Below are positions 58,828-64,000 of a stretch of DNA of 64,000 nucleotides, one piece after another. Position numbers and translations under genes: made by a program. Within the stretch, counting starts at the first letter, position 1. Each line of letters opens with the position of its first letter. This stretch comes from Thermoanaerobaculia bacterium. Its GTDB lineage: Bacteria > Acidobacteriota > Thermoanaerobaculia > Multivoradales > JAHEKO01. The stretch covers positions 1,896 through 65,895 of the forward strand of contig CALZKB010000045.1 of the NCBI GenBank assembly GCA_945787575.1. The letters are read 5' to 3'. The notes beneath the pieces were generated by a model. The model saw nothing but the letters and a program-made list of their open reading frames with translations, searched no databases and was not told where the DNA came from.

Positions 58828-61800
58828 TTAGCGGCCCGGTTGCGAGGTGACGACACGAGTCAGCCACTCGTCGCGGTAAGCGTGCGCCCAAGGCTCGTCA
58901 GGGAACGCCTCGCCGTAGCGCGTCATCGACCGGAAGGGTAGCGGCTCGACGGCTTCCGCGGCGAAGGTGTTGCGGTCGGCGTCCTTGTCCCAGCCGTGGC
59001 TCTCGAGGAACAGGGTGCGTCGCCAGCCGGCCGGCGGAGGCGCCACGTGCGAAGCGTCGAAGAGCAGTCGCAGCTCGTCGCCCGCCGCCATGATGACCGA
59101 GCGGTCGTCGCTCGCGGCGAGCAGCTCGCGGACGTCGCCGAAGCGAGTGTAGCGGCCGGGAAACGGTAGCCAGGGCGACTCGGTGCGAACCACTCCGTAG
59201 TCGAAAGCGTGGGGTGCGTTGGGGGCTTGCCGCACGACCGTCGAGAAGCCGCGGTAGCCAAGGTCGGCGACTGAAGGGGCTAGCCGCGCGGCGACCAGGG
59301 GCTCGCCGTCGGCCGGGTGGAGCGACCAGGCGATGCGATCCCAGGAGAGCCACTGCCTCGCGGCGATCCGGAGGCGCCGGGCGCCCTGGGGTAACCGTGG
59401 AGTGTCGACCACCATCGTCTTGGTCTTGCCGGCCGGATGCCCGATCGCGGGCAGCAGTGTCTGCCACGAGCCGTCGACCTCGACCTCGAGCGACGGAAAG
59501 CCGCCGGTCAGGTCGTCGCGTTGAGCCACCGCCAGGTTGAGGCTCGCGTCGGCGGGGAAGATCCACCCCTCGAGTAGCAGCCGGATCGGCGCGCCCGGGG
59601 CGGTCCCCAAGTCTATCGTGAACACCCAGGGGTCGGCGGCGACCCCCTGATAGGGGCTCTTGCGCCAGCCGTCGGCGTAGACCTCGTCGCGTCGGCGCAC
59701 GATCTCGGTGACCTCGCGGCCGGCCGCATCCCAGGCGGCGGCGACCGGGCGCACATCGGCGGTGCCGAGGACTCGATCCGGTCCCCGCTCGCCGGGCGCC
59801 ACCTTGAGGCTGCTCGCCACCTCGACCTCGGCGGGATGGTCGACGACCCAGAGCCGGGTGTAGTCGAAGAAGGCGGCCTCCCAGAGCTCCTCGGTGATCC
59901 TCAGATCCCAGGCGCCGTCCGTCGGCTCGATTTCCCCGATCTTGACCAGCTCCTCGGGGTCGGCGGGTGCATAGAAGTCGGGCGCCAGCGGCAGTCCGGC
60001 CGGCGCGTTCCAGAGCAGGTCGGTGACGAAGCGCACCTCGCCGCCGGCGAGTACGTAGAGAAACGGGCAGCTCCCCTTCAACAGCTGCTCCTCGACGATC
60101 CGCTGGTCGAGCTGGGGATCGAGTCGGTTCTGCGGCACGCCGTTGGTCCACACGACTCGCAGCAGGTCGGCGCGAGCGACGTCGCCGAGCCCGAAGTGAA
60201 CGGCGTCGCCCGCAACCTCGCGGAACTGGAAGGCCGCGCCCGAGCGCACCTCGACGACCGCACCGACGCCGAGCACGTTGTTCTTGCTATTGCCCTTGGT
60301 CAGTCCTTGTAGGCGAACGGTGAGCCAGTGATTCGCGTTGCCGCCCTCGTTGGTCATCAGCCAGAGCCCCGAGGTCGACTGCGCCACGAGGTCGAGATCG
60401 CCGTCGCCGTCGAAGTCCGCGGGAACGATCGCGGTCGCTTCGGAGGGTCCCGCCTCGAGCGGGAGGAAACGGAATCCGTCGCTGCGCTGAGCGGCGACTG
60501 CCAGTCCTCCCGCACCGGCAAAAGCCAGATCGAGACGACCGTCGTTGTCTGCGTCGAAGGCGGCGACGTCGGCAAGCCGCGCCGAGGTCTCGAAGGTGGA
60601 GGCCGGCGCCCACGGTTCGAAGCGGCCGCGTCGATTGTGAAAGACGCGCGCGCCGGAACCGACGGCGATCAGCTCGCTGAAGCCGTCGTTGTCCATGTCG
60701 GCGGTGGTCAGGGCGCTGATCTCGACTCCGTCTCCGAGCCCCGCCGTCGCGGTGAGGTCCAGGAAACGCCCTTGGCGCAGGTTATCGAGCAGCCGGAGCT
60801 CGCCAGGCCCGGCGATCGCGAGGTCGAGGTCACCGTCCCGATCGAAATCGCTCACCGCGGTCGCGGTGAAGGTGCCCTCGAGCTCGGGGAGCGCTTCGGC
60901 GCCGCGCGCCTGGAGTGGACCTTGGAGGTTGTTGACCAGCAGCTCGAGCCCCTCACCAGCGACGACGACGTCGAGATCTCCCTCGATGTCGAAATCGAAG
61001 ACCGCTGCGGCGAGTCCCGAGATGCCCTCGAGACCCAGTTCGACGGTCGCGTCGGTCAGGCTTCCGTCGCCGGCGCCGCGCCAGAATCGGGCACTCCCGG
61101 CGCCGATCCCGAGGAGGTCGAGCGCCCCGTCGTTATCGAGATCGGTCGCCAGTAGCCGCGACACTCCTCCAGCCGGCAAGCGATGAGCCACTTCGAGAGC
61201 TCCTCCGGAGAGTCGGATCTCGAGCTCGGGTGCCTCGCCGGCCCCGACGCGGGCGACGTCCTGCTTCTGATCGCCGTCGAAATCGCCGACGGCGAGCGCG
61301 TCGCCTACCCAGCAGAGTACGGCGATCCGGCTTCCGGAAAACCGCACGGTTGCCGGCTCGCCGAAGCTGTCGGCCGGTGGCTCGTCGCGGAACCGTCGCA
61401 CCGGAGTTCCCTGAATCCCGGTGGAGAGCTCGCGCAAGCTCTCGCGATACATCGGGGTGATCTTGAGGACGTTCTCGAGCCGTTGGGCCGGTAACCGGGC
61501 CGCCGCCAAGTCGTCGCCTTCGAGCGCCTCGATCACCGTCTCCCACTGGCGGTCAGAGCCCGGCGGAGCTTGCCACAGGAGCTCGCCGATCCGCAGGAAG
61601 GCCCTGGACGCGGTCGCGCGATCGCCACTCTCGAGAGCGTTGCGGCCCTGCTGGAGCAGGACGACGAGGTTCTCCGGGCGAAGCTCCACGAGCCTCGCCA
61701 AGACGCCATCGACGAGCGCCTGGTCTGGATCGCGGATGACCGTCGTCAGATGCCGGTAGAGGGCGTACTGGCTCTCGACGTCGGCGGGAGAGGCGGCGGC

Positions 61801-62157
61801 GGCGGCCTGGTAGACCGCGAGCGCCTCGTCGCTCTCACCGCTCCACTGCAGCAGATCGGCACGGATCGCGAGCAGCGCGCCGTCACCGGGGGCGAGTTCG
61901 AGAGCCCGTCCGATGGCGGCGAACCCCTCCTCGAACTTTTGCTGGCGCAGCGCCGCGACGGCGAGGTTGGCGTGGCCGAGAGGGTCGTCCGGCTTGAGCT
62001 CGATCAGCTCCGCGAAGAGCTCCTCGGCCTTGGCTGGCTGCTCGTTCTCGAGCTCGGCAAAGCCGCGGTTGCGCAGCTCCAGAACGCTCGGAGGCGACGG
62101 GGCGGCGTGGAGACAGGCGACGACGAGGAGACTGGCGAGAGAGGCGGTTCTTTTCAC
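58828..62157 (-). CDS. large secreted TPR + FG-GAP repeat + ASPIC/UnbV-type protein (CRTAC1-like)
   Basis: N-terminal TPR helices, about 6 FG-GAP/VCBS repeats (DFDGDQKQD, DLDNDGALDL, DFDRDGDLDLAIAG, DMDNDGFSELIAVG, DADNDGRLDLAFAG, DFDGDGDLDL), and a C-terminal ASPIC-like region. A GTG at 62157 gives the signal peptide VKRTASLASLLVVACLHAAP; the ORF is open to 62217. Confidence 0.6.
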   Translation of the reverse strand: MKRTASLASLLVVACLHAAPSPPSVLELRNRGFAELENEQPAKAEELFAELIELKPDDPLGHANLAVAALRQQKFEEGFAAIGRALELAPGDGALLAIRADLLQWSGESDEALAVYQAAAAASPADVESQYALYRHLTTVIRDPDQALVDGVLARLVELRPENLVVLLQQGRNALESGDRATASRAFLRIGELLWQAPPGSDRQWETVIEALEGDDLAAARLPAQRLENVLKITPMYRESLRELSTGIQGTPVRRFRDEPPADSFGEPATVRFSGSRIAVLCWVGDALAVGDFDGDQKQDVARVGAGEAPELEIRLSGGALEVAHRLPAGGVSRLLATDLDNDGALDLLGIGAGSARFWRGAGDGSLTDATVELGLEGISGLAAAVFDFDIEGDLDVVVAGEGLELLVNNLQGPLQARGAEALPELEGTFTATAVSDFDRDGDLDLAIAGPGELRLLDNLRQGRFLDLTATAGLGDGVEISALTTADMDNDGFSELIAVGSGARVFHNRRGRFEPWAPASTFETSARLADVAAFDADNDGRLDLAFAGAGGLAVAAQRSDGFRFLPLEAGPSEATAIVPADFDGDGDLDLVAQSTSGLWLMTNEGGNANHWLTVRLQGLTKGNSKNNVLGVGAVVEVRSGAAFQFREVAGDAVHFGLGDVARADLLRVVWTNGVPQNRLDPQLDQRIVEEQLLKGSCPFLYVLAGGEVRFVTDLLWNAPAGLPLAPDFYAPADPEELVKIGEIEPTDGAWDLRITEELWEAAFFDYTRLWVVDHPAEVEVASSLKVAPGERGPDRVLGTADVRPVAAAWDAAGREVTEIVRRRDEVYADGWRKSPYQGVAADPWVFTIDLGTAPGAPIRLLLEGWIFPADASLNLAVAQRDDLTGGFPSLEVEVDGSWQTLLPAIGHPAGKTKTMVVDTPRLPQGARRLRIAARQWLSWDRIAWSLHPADGEPLVAARLAPSVADLGYRGFSTVVRQAPNAPHAFDYGVVRTESPWLPFPGRYTRFGDVRELLAASDDRSVIMAAGDELRLLFDASHVAPPPAGWRRTLFLESHGWDKDADRNTFAAEAVEPLPFRSMTRYGEAFPDEPWAHAYRDEWLTRVVTSQPGR

Positions 62158-62223
62158 GCCGCGTAGTCTAACTCTCGGAGCGGGCCGAGCGTAGCAAGTG
62201 GCGAGATGGACCCGCAATTCGGG

Positions 62224-62520
62224 TCAGTTCTTGCTCTTCTTGCCGCCCTGCAGCACTCGCAGCAAGAGCAACAGAAGAAACGCGCCGAGGGTGGCGATGA
62301 CGAAGCTGCGAATATCGAAGCCGGACAGGCCGCCGAAGCCCAGGTAGGTCGCGAGAAACCCTCCGAGCAGAGCTCCGACCACCCCGATGCCGATGGTGAC
62401 GACGCAGCCGCCCGGATCTTTGCCGGGCAACAGAAACTTGGCGACGGCACCGGCCAGCAGCCCCATGACGATCCACGAGCCGAGGCCCATCAGACGCACC
62501 ATCTCGAGTATCGAGTCCAT
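62224..62520 (-). CDS. GlsB/YeaQ/YmgE family stress-response membrane protein
   Basis: 98 aa, three Gly-rich TM helices (WIVMGLLAGAVAKFLLPG...). Confidence 0.7.
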   Translation of the reverse strand: MDSILEMVRLMGLGSWIVMGLLAGAVAKFLLPGKDPGGCVVTIGIGVVGALLGGFLATYLGFGGLSGFDIRSFVIATLGAFLLLLLLRVLQGGKKSKN

Positions 62521-62585
62521 CGGTTCGCTCCTCCCGCGGCGCCGGCGATCGGCCGCCGGCCAGGCGGAGCATAGAATGTCCGCCC

Positions 62586-64000
62586 ATGCCCGCCAAGCGC
62601 CAACGTCTCTACTTGATCGACGGCTACTCGAACATCTTCCGCGCCTTCTACGCGATCCGTAACCTGTCGAACTCGAAAGGGGAGCCGACGAACGCCGTTT
62701 ACGGCTTCATCAACATGTTGCGCAAGCTACTCAAGGACGAGGAGCCGGCATTGATCGGAGTCGCCCTCGACGTCTCCGGCGACACCGTGCGCAAGGACCA
62801 GTACGCCGACTACAAGGCCAACCGCAAACCGATGCCCGAGGAGCTCCGACCGCAGATCCCGTGGGTCCGCGAAGCGCTCGAGGCGTACCGTATCCCGATC
62901 CTCGAGCTGGCGAAGTACGAGGCCGACGACGTGCTGGGGACCCTCGCCAAGAAGGCGTCGGCGGCCGGCTACGAGGTCTACCTGGTCAGCGCCGACAAGG
63001 ACCTCATGCAACTGGTCGACGAGCATGTCTCGCTCATGCACACCGGCCGCGAGAAGGTCTACGATCCGACGCTCGTCGCCGAGGACTTCGGGGCGCCGCC
63101 CGAGCGAGTGGCCGACGTGCTGGCTTTGATGGGAGACAGCTCCGACAACGTACCCGGGGTGCCCGGTATCGGCGCGAAGGGCGCCCAGCAGCTGATCGGG
63201 GAGTTTGGCAGCCTCGAGAATCTGCTCGACCGCGCCGAGGAGGTCCAGCGCAAGAGCTATCGCGAGGGGCTCCTCGAGCACCGGGAAAAGGCCGAGCTCT
63301 CGAAGCAGTTGGTGACCATCCACACCGATCTCGACATCGACTTCGATCCCGACGACTTGCGCCACGAGCCGCCGGATACCGAGGCCCTGGCCGAGCTCTT
63401 CGGCAGACTCGAGTTCACCTCGCTGCTCGAGGAGCTCGGCGGCGCGGCCGGTTCCAGCGTCGAGACCGTGGCTGCGGCGCGCGAGCTCGAGACCGTCGAC
63501 GAGTGGTGCGACTGGGCTTCGAGCGCCCCTTCGAGCCTGGTGCTCGGCGCCGTCGGCGACAATCCGGCGCTCGGTCTCGCCGCGGGCGGAATCGAGGGCG
63601 AGACGCTCTTTGCCGACTTCCGCTCGGAGGGGCTGCGTAACGCGGTGACGGCGAGCCTCGGCGAGTGGCTGGCCGATGTCGAGCGGACGATTGTCGGCCA
63701 TGACATCAAGGAAGTTCTACGCTTGGCCGGCCGCGACGTCGAGGTCGCCGCCACCCTCGACGACACGATGCTGCGCTCCTACGTGCTGCGGCCCGCGCTG
63801 CGCGGACACGGCCTTGCGGAGGTCGCGCTCGACCGCCTGCAGTACAAGGCGGTGAGCGCCAAGGAGGCGGGCTGGGAGAAGCGCGCGGAGCCGACCCCCG
63901 GCTCCGAGGGGCTCCTGGTCTACGCCGCCGAGCGAGTCGAGCTGCCGCGCCGCTATCTAGAGGTCCTGGACGGCGAGATCGACGGCCCGTTGGAGAAGCT
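62586..64000 (+). CDS. polA: DNA polymerase I, N-terminal 5'-3' exonuclease and start of 3'-5' exo region (partial, continues past window end)
   Basis: RLYLIDGYSNIFRAFYA, VALDVSGDTVRKDQYADYKANR, LMGDSSDNVPGVPGIGAKGA. Confidence 0.9.
   Translation, partial: MPAKRQRLYLIDGYSNIFRAFYAIRNLSNSKGEPTNAVYGFINMLRKLLKDEEPALIGVALDVSGDTVRKDQYADYKANRKPMPEELRPQIPWVREALEAYRIPILELAKYEADDVLGTLAKKASAAGYEVYLVSADKDLMQLVDEHVSLMHTGREKVYDPTLVAEDFGAPPERVADVLALMGDSSDNVPGVPGIGAKGAQQLIGEFGSLENLLDRAEEVQRKSYREGLLEHREKAELSKQLVTIHTDLDIDFDPDDLRHEPPDTEALAELFGRLEFTSLLEELGGAAGSSVETVAAARELETVDEWCDWASSAPSSLVLGAVGDNPALGLAAGGIEGETLFADFRSEGLRNAVTASLGEWLADVERTIVGHDIKEVLRLAGRDVEVAATLDDTMLRSYVLRPALRGHGLAEVALDRLQYKAVSAKEAGWEKRAEPTPGSEGLLVYAAERVELPRRYLEVLDGEIDGPLEK

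Overview
High-GC (~65-70% by eye), gene-dense bacterial chromosomal segment; no rRNA, tRNA or CRISPR array recognised. Two proteins of the Acidobacteria-type VWFA-related family (TIGR03436-like, recalled from memory) suggest an Acidobacteriota-like genome (inference). Content is mostly housekeeping and envelope functions: ispG, a flavin reductase, a thyA-folA operon, a 7Fe ferredoxin, msrB, ligA, polA (N-terminal part), glpD, and a 3-hydroxyacyl-CoA dehydrogenase. Also present: a TetR-controlled RND efflux operon (tetR, outer-membrane factor, membrane-fusion protein, AcrB-like pump) and an ECF sigma / anti-sigma / CpxP-like (LTXXQ) envelope-stress module. Large secreted proteins include a ~2000-aa alpha-2-macroglobulin-like protein with a CTEQ thioester motif, a BNR/Asp-box beta-propeller protein, an FG-GAP + TPR + ASPIC-type protein (CRTAC1-like), and DUF4097-type beta-repeat proteins. 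A MamK-family actin-like protein and an orphan PqqB-like MBL protein are also present. Best candidate for a new small system: a ribbon-helix-helix-like protein plus an overlapping unknown 124-aa partner, preceded by a perfect 12-bp palindrome (24435..25092). Three otherwise conserved genes (ispG, an MBL hydrolase, a class I/II aminotransferase) each carry an internal ~100-nt deletion with frameshift; this points to a systematic assembly artefact or unusual gene decay. Two long non-coding regions (14064..14385 and 25157..25529) may hold structured RNAs. All family assignments rest on motifs recalled from memory; no searches were run.
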